Of a stretch of 64,000 bases of DNA, positions 21,476-33,400 are shown one piece after another. The first letter of the stretch is position 1. Each line of letters begins with the position of its first letter. The stretch is from Vitrella brassicaformis CCMP3155 (lineage: Eukaryota > Protista > Chromerida): assembly GCA_001179505.1 (NCBI GenBank), contig CDMY01000688.1, positions 62,001-126,000 of the forward strand. The letters are read 5' to 3'. Both the position numbers and the translations under genes were made by a program. Under the pieces are notes generated by a model, which saw only the letters and a list, made by a program, of their open reading frames with translations, searched no databases and had not been told where the DNA came from.

Positions 21476-23069
21476 TCATGAATCTCGGCAGCATGCCATG
21501 GGGGTCAGCAACACGGCGATGCGCCTGTGCGTGTGGCAGACGAGAAGCTTCGTCACTGACGAAATCTGCACCGACCACCTCCCACACACGCTGCATGACA
21601 TGACATTAATGACATGACCCAACACACACATACAAACACATACACACCGCCGACCTGACTGACCTGCAGCGACATGCCGGCATCGAGGAAGGTCGCCCCC
21701 ACAAACACCTCATACAAGTCCGCCAGCTGCTTGACGCGCTCACGTGACAGGCCCTTGGGCAAGCCGCCATGAGGGGGGTACTGAAACACACACTCGGGGG
21801 GCTCGGCCATCCGCAGCACCTGCTCCACGGCGAGGCCGTGCTTTGTCAGTCTCCGCCACATGTGCAATGCCAGAGCCTCGTTGCTGACAGCGTCGTTGCA
21901 GCGGGACATGTCGACGGCCGACAGGCTGCTACTGCGTGTGACGCCTGATTGTGTGGCTAAGTGGATGGACAGCAGGTCCAGTACGCTGTCACCGAGAAAC
22001 TCCACTGCATCGTTGTCGGGCTGGTGGAGGGTTCGCTTAGGGTGTGGTCTCCTTCGGGCTGTCTCCAGCCATGACTTGTCCGCAAAGACGTGACCCCACA
22101 TCAGCTCAACAGGATCATCGGTGGTCGCCGTGAGTGTGGCAGCTCCATCCCTAAGCCGTTCTCCCGTAGGCAGCCAGCCACACCGCCCACCAATGTCACT
22201 GTCCCTCCTCAGTATTCGGTCGATGAGCACGATAGCAGCCGAGAGGCCACGATGGAGGTCGAGCTGTCGAGGGGACTCTCTTGCCCCAACTAAACCACCA
22301 CCTTTAATGTCCCATACGTTTGACCAATACGCGGCTCCCAGCAGCGCCTTCATCTGCCGCTGCCCCTGTGTCGAACTGCCATCATCACTGGTATGAGGAG
22401 GAGGCACCTGATCGGTCGCTGCGGGCTGCATCAGTAATAGCGGCCCCACGCCCATTGCCGCCCTTCCGTGGAGCACCTTCCTGAGCTCCCAACACTGATT
22501 GGTCAGCTTGGCCGCTGTCTCCTTTTTGCCATGATCAGAGCTCTTAGTGAAGGTGTCCACTGCAGAGACGAGCTTGATGAGCATTGCACCGATGGACGAG
22601 AGAGTGGTGGCGGCACCAGTCGAGTGCCGTGACTGAGGGGCATGGCCATCGATGGCTGCACAAACAAGACGGCGGTCGAGCAGAACGGGCGGTGCGCTGC
22701 TGTCCGTGGCTGCAAGGCGCTCCAAGAGGGCGCTGTGGACGTCGCGGCTTCTGATGGTTGGCCGACGCATTGCAGCAGTCTCCCCTCCGTCACCTCCTTG
22801 GTCCAGACCCACCTGATTGATGGATTCAATAACCACAAACCAACCACACACGCATCAAGGAGCATCCATCATTCCTTCATCCGTACCTTAGAATCCGATG
22901 TGAAGGTCCTCGACTTGGTCAAGTACAGCGGCCCAGGCGAGGGCAAGACGCCTGCATTCATCGCTGCGGCCATCGTTGGTGTGTAGCACAACCGCGCGAT
23001 GAGTCCAGGTGCAAACGAAATCTCCAATCGAGCTGCGCAACCCAAGATCTTGCCTCCGCTGCGCGTCAT
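21476..23069 (-). CDS. Ribonuclease III family protein with a degenerate first and an intact second RNase III domain
   Basis: Second domain: DNDAVEFLGDSVLDL and LADLYEVFVGATFLDAG. First domain remnant: TTLSSIGAMLIKLVSAV...LTNQ...QMKALLGAAYW. Three exons; last exon RVWEVVGADF...CCRDS*. Confidence 0.85.
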
Positions 23070-23262
23070 ACGGCGCGTGTCGGCTCATCTCGGAGGATCT
23101 CAAAGCATCGCCGATCGGCAGATTGCGAGCTTAGCTCAGGGAAAGCCCTGCTGGAAGCTTGAGAGTATCTCTGACACAAAAGGTGGTAAAGATTGTTTGC
23201 TGATGAATACACACACACTTTGCTGATGAATCTGAAGGTGACGAGATCAGCCGCGCGAGGCG

Positions 23263-23276
23263 CAGTCACGTGACTG
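23263..23276. promoter_or_regulatory. 14-bp perfect palindrome CAGTCACGTGACTG in the ~260-bp divergent RNase III/SZT2 intergenic region
   Basis: Self-complementary with a CACGTG core, 54 bp upstream of the SZT2 ATG. Function not shown. Confidence 0.35.
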
Positions 23277-23329
23277 ACGTCGAGATCTGTCAAGGAGGCG
23301 CTGATCTATCTTATCTATTATGTGAGGAG

Positions 23330-24453
23330 ATGGAGAGCATCAGGGAGGATCCATCGCCGGTGTTCATGGCGGTCGGCATGGCTGACGAGACGGCGGAGCT
23401 CCGGCCGCGGACTGAGTCGCATGTGACGGACAGCGGCACCCATGCTCCGCTGCCGAGTGATGACACGGATGAGCTGGCGGAGGTGGGATTCTTCGTGTCT
23501 GACGAGGAGCGGCTTTCTTGCTTCGACTTCAGCTTGGCTGACCGGTGCTTGCATCACCTCTTTCTGCTGCACTCGCCATGCACCGTCGACTACAGCGGCC
23601 GGTCGGTGCTGCTGCCGTGGACACGACAGGTGTCGTACCTGCGGCCCATCTACGCGATTCCCCTGGTGGCTGATGAAGACCATTCAACTGGGATTGAGGA
23701 GTACCTTCTGACGCAGCGGTGTCGGTTTTCGTATCTGTACCCCTCGTACAGCCTGGTGCTGGTGCTCGACCTCTCGCCCAGCCTCAATGTGGTCGACACG
23801 TCCTTCAGCAAGGAGAACAAGTACAGCGGTAACTACCTGCTCGACTCGCTGGGCCCGTGCCTTCTCAACACGCTCAAGGCGCTGGTGCAGCCCATGTACG
23901 TCTACAGCGATGCGGCCAAACGCACAATCGCCTTCGTCCCCAACGTGACGGTGTCGATATTGGCGCAGGGGGTGCCGACCTTTCCGGTCGTCACGCTGGT
24001 GCACGGCCTGAGACTGACCTATGAACGGGTATACGGCAAGCCACCGCCCAAGTGGCAGTGTGATGAGGACGGCTACGGTGATGGTGGTGGGTGTGAGGAC
24101 TCTTCTTCTTGCGACGTGAGCTGGCTTCACGCGCTGCATGACCAGCTGGACCACGTGATCGCCGAGACCTGCAGATGGGCACAGCAGTACAGAAATGAAG
24201 AACAGGTGAGAACGAGTGAGTGGCAGGCAGGCCTACTCTATCGAATCGATCGCTGTGTACACCTCTGTGCGCGTGTGTGTCTATGCACTCATTGATCCAT
24301 TCAGGCTGGCGTGGCGGACGGATGCAGCCGCGACTTCCACCCGTGTCGTTCGGAGCTGTGTCACGCCACCGCACTCGACACCTTCATCAAAAACGCATTC
24401 CACGTAAGCAGCCAGCCAGCCCTAGCTACTGTGTCGACCAATCGGTTGTCAGC

Positions 24454-24485
<32 letters not shown>

Positions 24486-27400
24486 GCGTGTGTGGTGTGG
24501 TGTGGTGTGGTGTGGTGTGACTGAAGGCGCTGAGCCTGCTGGTGGAGGAGGGCGGCGGCTCGTGTGCGCGTGGCGTGGTGCTGCTGACGGACGGTGTGGT
24601 GAGCATCCCGCGGCAGATGCACTACGACAACATACTGATGCACTGCAACAACGCTGACATACAACTCAACATCGTACAGGTCAGTCAGTCATCACAAACA
24701 CACCAAATCACAACACACCGGTCCATCGCTCATCCCACTGCTCGTCTTTCCTTCCTCTGTGTTTTGCAGGTTGGCGGCGGCTTCTCGCCATACAGTCCGA
24801 TGGGCAACGTCAGCGACCGGGACGCACTCCAGTTCATCGCCAATGCTGCCGGACAGGGCCAGCTCATACAAGTGAGTTGATTGCATCTGTTGATGTGTCT
24901 TAAGACGAGTCTCTTCTCTCCTACTGTCTGTGTGTCAGGACTCTGATATAGCCCAGATGGTAGAAGAGGCGGAGAAGTCACCGATGCAGCCCTCCGTCAT
25001 CCGCCGGCCACAGTCATCGCCAGCACTCGACGCCACCCCGCTCCTGCACAGCGCATCAGTCGTGCTCGCGCACCCCTTCGCCACCGCCCCGACCCACCTC
25101 TCGCCCTCAACCACCTTCGACGGCGGCCCCATGCAGGGCGTCAGTGTGAATCTGCTGCAACGAGCCGTCTTCTGGCGCTACTCGGCTCTCACCGCGCCAC
25201 AGATGGACGATGAACAGTCTCCCCCACTGCCCGCCCTTGTGAGTCTTCCCAGCGATCCCTTGAAGCCCGGCAAGCCACCGCCATCCCCGGCGCTCCGCCC
25301 ATCGCCCAAGGCCCAAGGACGCTTTGGCTACCGGCATCATCTGAAGCGGCTTGGCTGTAAGGTTGAGGCCTTTCAGCCCATCCGGGGCCTCCCCCTTCGC
25401 CCTTTGTCCAGGCATTCGACATACATCGAGTCACTTCCCTTTGGCGAGGGGCCCGACTTCACCCGACGGCCCGTCAGCATGTCCAGTGTTGCGGTTGACA
25501 CCTTCCCGCTGATCACTGGTACGCCAACAGCAGCCGGGGTGGAGACAGCTGACGAGCGCGATGCGAGATTGGCTGCCATCTCTTGGATGAGGGCGCCCCA
25601 CGGACATCAGCATCAGAGGCGGCGTGCGGCCATGTCGGTGCGTGGCGAGTGGAGTCGGCTGAAGGACGGTGCCAGGATGGAGGACGACGGCCCCGCCACG
25701 GCTGACGAGGAGGAGAAGTACGTCTACAGCGAGTACAAGCTGACCGGCGTCTCACTGGTGCACATCATCAGCTGCCGCGTGCGTGAGGGCTTCCATCTCG
25801 AGAGTGCCCAGGTCCGCACCAACGACGGGCGGGGCGGCGTCGCCGCCCTCCACACCACCCCGCACTCCACCTCCCTCCACCCGATCCGCGAGACCTCCAG
25901 CCACTCTGACTCCCTCCTCTCCGTCGGATACCAGTCGTGGCTGCACATCAAGTTCTGTCTGGCCTGGCGGCCCATGTTCTACATCTACTACACTGTGGTG
26001 GTGCGGCTGACCGGCGGTGGGAGCGAGGGGGGCGAGCTGCAGGTGACGCTGGCCCTCAAGATGCCGTCCAAGGAGTACGTCAAGCAGATGAAGCAGAGGC
26101 ACCTCCTCTCGCAGAGTGGGGCGGGCGGCAGCAGGGGGTACTTTGCCTTTGGGGGGTGGGGACACGGTGAGCGCAGAAAGCATCGCATCCACGAGAAACG
26201 ATGCAGGATGCATAGATGGCGTGCGTGTATGTCGCTTCCATTGCATTTGTCAGGCCGCGACAGGGTGTCGGGTGGTGGGCTGAATCCTCCTCACTACTCG
26301 TCGTACAAGCAACAAGACCAGTTCACTTTGCAGATCGAGAATGTGCTCCAAGGCATCTACTTCGTCGACGACCAGCTGACCAGAATCCAGCTGGCACTAC
26401 AGAGAGGGAGAGAACTGCCAGGGGAGCTGGCGGACCTGCTTGCCCTCCCTGCTGCTCACTGGCACCACCATTTCCACATCAGGTCATTCACACTGCTCTG
26501 CAACAACCACAGCCACAGCCACATGCAGCAGACCAAGGCCAGCTGCTCGCAGCCCATCCCCCTGCCCCTCCCCCTGCCCACGCCGACCTTGATGACGCGG
26601 GAAGGTGTTGTGAAGGTGGTGCAAGAGTGGGCGCCGATCCAGCTGCAGAAGGACTTTCGATACGCCAGGCTGCTGCCGTCCACTGCCAGTGAGAGTCTTC
26701 TCTCCGACCACTTTGTGGATTTCCTTCTCGCCTGCCCCAACGCGACGTTCTTCCAAGAGCCGCATACACACGGCTATGGGCCGGCAATGGCGCAGTCCAT
26801 CTGCATGGTGGAGGTAGAGGACGACAGCATGGCCTCGCTGTGGGTCATGGTGGGCTTCCTCGGCGCGTCACCGGTGACGGCATCATCCGCCATCCGAGAG
26901 CTGCAGCGGCGGCTGAATGCGCAGCCAGTGATACCGGGATCGCCATCGACAGCCCTATCCATGGATTGTGTGAATGGTGTTGGGCTGGTTGTCGGCCCCT
27001 CTGTCGGGCAGCTCTTCCCTCTCGATCACCACTACCCGCCCCGCTTGCCATATGTCCCGCGCATTCACGGCTTCCCTTTCCCTCCAACACGAGGGCCACC
27101 CACATCGTCTCACTCCCACCACCACCGGCGACACCAGCCTGGAGCGTCGCTGCTGCATCGGGCTGTGTCCGCCCAGCTCACGGCCGAGGACCTTTCGCGA
27201 TTTGGGCGGCTCCTGCTTCCCATTGCTCTAGGTCTGGACGCCCAGGCGGTCGAGACAGAGAGGAAGAAGAACCAAATGGCGCGGGCCTTTGGGAAGGACC
27301 GTGCCCGGCACTTGTCGGCGGTGGGAGTAGTGTCGCCGGCCGACAGTGGGAGTGAGATGTCATCAGCGTCTGGAGAGGGGCGCAGAGAGAGAGAGAGGGT

Positions 27401-30400
27401 TGTGTCGAGGCATAGGAGCTTCCACACGTACCAGCCGTCAGACGCCATGCTCGCGGTGAGGAGACAACACACACGGAAGAGTGACTTGACAGACCCACTC
27501 TCATCCACCTGTGCGTGACCTTCAGCACTACTACTTGCGGTCATCTTGGAGCTGGACGGTGCCCTACGGCCCAGGCCGCCTCAGCGACGTGCTGTCAGAC
27601 GTCTGCCACAACATCATTGGACAGCGGTCGAGCGAGGGGTGGCTGCTCGTTGCCGCCTCGCACCAGCCGGGCGGCCACTCCATCCTCCTCATGTGGACGA
27701 AGCGGTTCCCCACCGCACAAACCAGACAGCGGGCCATGAGAATACCCAGACAGACCGATGCGTCAACTCTCACCACTGAGGCAGCGGAGGACTCGCCATT
27801 GACTGTGGACACGACAGGCTTCGATGAGGTCACTGTGAGCATCGACGACGGGCCGGTCGCCCCACGGCCGCCAACACTGACGATCGAGGGCACACAGCCA
27901 GATGAGGCGGGCATCTGTGGAACGACGAGCGTCTTCTTCCAGGTGCTCATCAACATCCCCCCGGCAGACAGCACCAGCCCCACGACCGACCCCGCCGGTG
28001 GCCACCGGCAGTCCTCGCCGGTCCCCGTGTCACCTCACATGTACCACCACCACCAGTACGTGCAGCACGATGCTGCAGCTGCAGCTAGCACGGCGAGGGA
28101 GGGTGGTCAGCTGCACCTGCTGACCTCCCTGTTTGTGGAGCCTCATGCGGGAGGTGTCCGGGATGACAGGGGCGGCATCTGCGCGGCGCCGCTGGTGTTC
28201 TTCGAGGCTATCGGTCAGATGGTGCGGTCGATGGATGCGCTGCTGCTGCGGTGCGTCTCCACAGTAGCCGTCACGGAGCTGTGTGCCGGCATCAAGCGGG
28301 AGGGAGGCGAGAGCTGCCCCCCGGTGTGTCAGAGCCTGCCCCGTGCACCGACGGAGCCGCCGGCCAGTGGTGCGTGCTCGGATCCCTCCATCGAGGCCAT
28401 GCCACCGGCTTCCATTGCCCGCAGCATATCCCCCGCCAGCTCTCCCCGGCCGGCTGACGTCGGACACAACGCCATCATGGAGGTGACCGAGTGGACGTAC
28501 GTGGGCGCGCACACGGCCACACACCTCACGCAAGCTGCGGAAGAGCAGCCGAAGATGGTCCACCGCGCCGACCGGCGGCCTCCCCTGCCCCCCATCATCC
28601 CAATCAGGACCGGCCCCCATGCGCATCCGATGAGCCCCACATCGCCGCTCTCTCGCGTCAACAGCACCGCCAGCATCACGTCTGTGGGAAGCTTCTGCAC
28701 ACCCAAAGGCCTTCAGTCGCCTGCAGCAGCAGTGGCAGCCCGGCCGCTGACTCAGGTGACATCACTGCCTCAACTGATGGAGGTGGGCGAGGCGGCGGCC
28801 GTGATGAGGAGGGAGACCAGCATGATGGCGCTGAGGGTGCAGCAGCAGCAGGAGGCGGTGGGGGAGAGGACGGGTGAGCGTGGTGAGACTGAGATGGTCA
28901 CGTACCGGCATGAGCAGCAGCTGGGCAGCCGCTGGTGCGAGCTCAGCGGCTACCTCCTCTCTCTCAGCCCCGATGAAGACGGTGGGCACACGAAAGCACG
29001 GGATGGACGCACTAGCACTCGTATGTTCGTGTGTCTGTGTGTGTGGTGTGCGTTATGTCTGTGTCAGATTTGGCTTCCCTGCTCCATGCCCGCATCGGTG
29101 GCAGCAAGGTGTACCAGCTGCCCTCATTCCTCCTCTCCCAGGTCGTCCAGCTGCTCACCTCGCGAACCGGGGACAACTCACCCAAACGAAGGAAGAGCCA
29201 GCCAATCAGGAGAGGGGCACCACAGCAGCAGCAGCAGGGGCAAACGGCCAAGCCCGGTGAGCAACATGTCCGGCCCCGCACCTCTGATGACGGCGAGTGG
29301 GTAGGAGTGCAAGACGACGACACACACGAGGGTGACAGCAGCAGCGGTAGCAGCAGCATCGGCCGGATGATGTGCTGGGTGGGCTTCCACTATCTTCGCG
29401 GTTGCGCCTTGTTCCTGCTGGAGGAGTTGCTCGACGAGTTCCTGCTCGAGATGGAGATGCTCGGCACGTGGTCGCTCCGTATCGACCCAGACCAGCAGGT
29501 GCGCGAGGCACAACGGCAGCGACAGAAACGGAAGACCAAGAAGGAGAAGGGATCGCTCGGTGCGAGGAGCGATGCCCACCCATCGCTGACGGTGCATATC
29601 CCTCGGAGGGAGGGCAAGGAGTCGGAAGTGGAGAGTCTGGGTGCCTCCACTCCGGCATCGCTCGCCCCTCCCGCCTCGGCCAAGGACGGTGACTCGCCTG
29701 TGGAGTCCACACCCACACCGCTCTCGTCCACCGACACCATCAAGCCTGCTTCTGGTGCTGGTGCTGGTGGCGACCATGGCCATGGCCATCATCACACGCA
29801 GCCGTGCCACCCCGGTCGCTACTTCATCAAGCTGCTGGAGGGAGGGGGCAAGAAGCAGGAGAGAGACCATGACCACCACCACCGCCGGCACGCGGTGGTG
29901 GTGTACATCCGGTCGCGGCGCAAGTCGATGCGAGACCTTCTCGAGGTGCTCTGCAGCCAGCCAGTGGCCAAGAATGGGGGGCCGCACCACAGCAGCACAC
30001 TGCTGATGCCATGGGGCACGGCAGAGGGTGACAGGGAGCAGAGCAAGGAGGGGGAGCTGTCGCCGAGCAGCTCCGGCTCGTCTGCAAGCACCGAGTCTCA
30101 CCCCTCCGGCACCCCTCACCACCACCATTTCGTCACCAGTGAGGGCGACGCTGCTACGGGAGCGGCGATGACCGTCCAGATCCACATCTGCGACACCAGA
30201 CACATCACCCTGCATCGCGACAAGGCCACGGACAGCGGATTCGGCAGCTACTTCCGCCGCGGACGAGGTGACACCACAGCCGCGTCGAAAGGAGTGGACG
30301 ACACGAGTGAGCGATTCAGAGGCCCGATCGACCACGTCCTGGACAGTCTGATGAAGGTGTATGACTACTTCTACGCCAAGTCCGTCTACTGCCACTCCCT

Positions 30401-33400
30401 GCTGAGCCTCCCGGTAACCGCGGCGGAGCGCGATGCTGCCTTGCGGCTGTGCCACATGAGCAAGGCTGCCGTCCCTCTCCACTCCATTGCGAGCACCATG
30501 GCCGACATCAGCTTGGGGTGCAACGAAGCCGTGGGTGGTGGCATCAGGAGGATCCTGCAGTGTGCCGATCAGCGGCTGCTCACCGTCCTGGCCGACCATG
30601 GCTTCCACCCCTTCCCCGTGTCAAAGGCCAGCTGGCGCCCTCGCCCCTCAGCTGCCAGCCCGCCTCTGACCACCGCCTCCGTCAGAGACGACGCTGTCAC
30701 AGCCAGAGAGCCAGCGAAGGACGGTTCCATGACCACACCAGCAATGGCGGTGGGAATGGGCGTCAGCCGCGAGCACTCCCGCCGCCGGTGGGTGGAGAAG
30801 CGGCAGCGGTCTTTTGCGTGTCTCGACAGAGTGGAGGCTGGGGCGTCGCTCTCGGAGATCTACTTGGCCTTCGACCCTCGCCACGAGACGCGAGCACAGC
30901 GAGGGGTGGGCACCACCCAAGTGTACGAGCGCTTCGACAAGGAGGATGCGCGTGCACTGCTGAAGCAGCCGGTGGTCTTCTTGCGGCTGGACGTCGTGCG
31001 CACCCCCACCCCTTCCCCGCATGCACAGCAGAGTCCGGCCGGGGCCGGGGCCGCTTCCTCGTCGCCGGTGCAGCCGCTCACCTTCGACAGGGGGCTGTCC
31101 ACTGACGTCGCCGAGATGGTGCTCTTCGAGAGCATTCTGCGCGACGAGAGATGCGCGTCATGCAGCGTGCGAGTGACGATGTACTACCTCCATTCCCACC
31201 CTTTCCACCCACACCACTCGACCCCTCACAGGAAGCAGAGCTCTCAGGACACACCGTCGCCCTCTCAGGTCAGGTGGGAGAGAGAGGACATGGTGGATGG
31301 AGGTGGGATGGCGGTGTGTGTGTGTATCAGGGTGGCGTGTCTTCCATGCTGCGGTCGATTACCGACGAGATGTCTGTGGTCCTGAAGGAGGCCCAGCTGG
31401 ACCTCCTCAGGTACACCCTGCCGATGGTGGTCACGGCCACCCAGCAGCCCACCCCGACAGCCCAGGCAGTTCAGATCCGGCCGCCCGTCCCTCCATCAAC
31501 ACTGCTACTACGGCCCCCTTCATCGACTTTCGCCCTGCTGCTGTGGAGACTTCTCTCGTCAACCATGGCCCAGCGGAGGCACATTCCGGCGATTGAGGAC
31601 GTCACCGCGACGAAAGGCTTTGATGAGGAGAGTTCCCATGCCCATTCACCCGGTGCACCCGTCGACACCCCTGTGGCCACGCCGGTGGCTGACAGGGAGA
31701 AAGACCAAAACCATGGACGGCAAACGGACAGGCCACCGTTACCGATAGAGCCCCCTGCACCACGACCTCTGTCATTGCTGCGGCAGTACGGCATCTCACT
31801 GTCGTCTCTGGTGGACAGCCACGGCCAGCGGAAGAAGCACAGCGGTGTGTGGGTGTCGTATCAGCACCCGCTGCCGATATTGCGGGACCTGGTGGGCCAG
31901 GAGGGTTTTGAGAACGTCGTCGGTCTCGGGGGTGTGATGGCGTTGCCACTTATCGACTACGGATGTGAGACCCTTATCCACCTCATGAGACACACCAAGT
32001 GAGCCAGTGACGTGACAGCGGGAGAGACACGCGATCGCAAAGCGCATCGCATCTCGTGTGTCTGTGTGTGCAGCTGTGTGGTGCTGCCTCACGGAAATGT
32101 CCGTCCCCGGATGGCCATCGGGCGCCTCCCAGTGCAGGGAATCGGCGGCGAGATGCTGGTGTGGCTCCCCCAGCCCCCTTCCGTCCGGCGTGAGGCAGAC
32201 TGGCTCACGCACATGCTCGACGGCGTCCTGCTGGAAGGCCTAACCCCTCCCAGCATCAAGGACTCAACACAGAGCCCTGCACAAGAGGAGCCCATCGCAG
32301 ACACACACGCCCCGCTCCCCGCAGACACACAAGGAGCCGAGTACGTCACGGAGTGGGTGGTATTCCAGCTGCCGCAGCGGTGGCAGCTGCTCGACGATGG
32401 CACAAGCAGCCACAAGGCCCGCGGCATGTCCAAAGCGATGCCACGTGCGCCATCCCTGGCTTCCAGCAGCAAGAGCAAGGTCATGACGGCCAGGCCGATG
32501 ATGCGACACGTCGTGAGAGGCGGTGGGAGGGATAGAGAGGCAGCAGACAGTGATAACGCCTTCGCGCCGCCAGTGACGTCACGGAGGGCCCAGATGCAGA
32601 GCAGGTCAAGGTCAAGGTCGCGACAGCACACAGCCACACATGAGGGGGGAGGGGCCGAGACCGAGGAGCCACCAGTCGAGGATGCGACGGTCCACGAGGC
32701 GGCGTCTGTCAAAGCCCTGACCAACCGGCGGCTGCAGCAGCATCCATCGAGGGCCGAGGGCGAGGGAGGCCGCTTGATGCACATCGGCATTGAGGTCTAC
32801 TTTCCCGCCACTGCCGCTGCGTTGAGCAGCAGAGGCGATTTCGAAAGGTCGGTCGTACGGCTGCTGGAGGACTGCTGTGGCTACCTGCAGTGCATGTGGC
32901 GGGCGGTGCTCAAGAGTGCCCTCATGCGCAAGGCCAAGGAGACCGGCCACCTCTCGCCACACATCTACAGGCCTCTCGAGGAGCTCACCGAGGGCGACAC
33001 CCCTCACCGCACCATGACGCCATCCGAGTTCCTCATGCGAGCAATGCAGATGCAGACGGAGGCCATAAGACTCCTTCCGCCGATGCTGCCGCCCTCGGCG
33101 CCACACCCCCTGGCCATCCCGCTGGTCTCGTCGGTCTCTGTGAGGATACCCCGTGTTCTCTATGACGTCAAGATGATTCAGTGGATAACTGGCGAGTCCG
33201 CAGCCGGCAGCCAGGCGGCGCAGGCCCTGGCGCTGCGACACACATCGGCCATGCGCAAGCAGCAGCAGATGGCCGCTAGTGTGGTCCGACATCAACAGCA
33301 GCAGCAGTCGCCGACGGAGATGCCCAAGTCCGCTCTCAGCTCGCTGGCCTTCTACTCGCCCAGTTATCTGGCCTTACACTCGCGACAGAAGCACTTTTTC

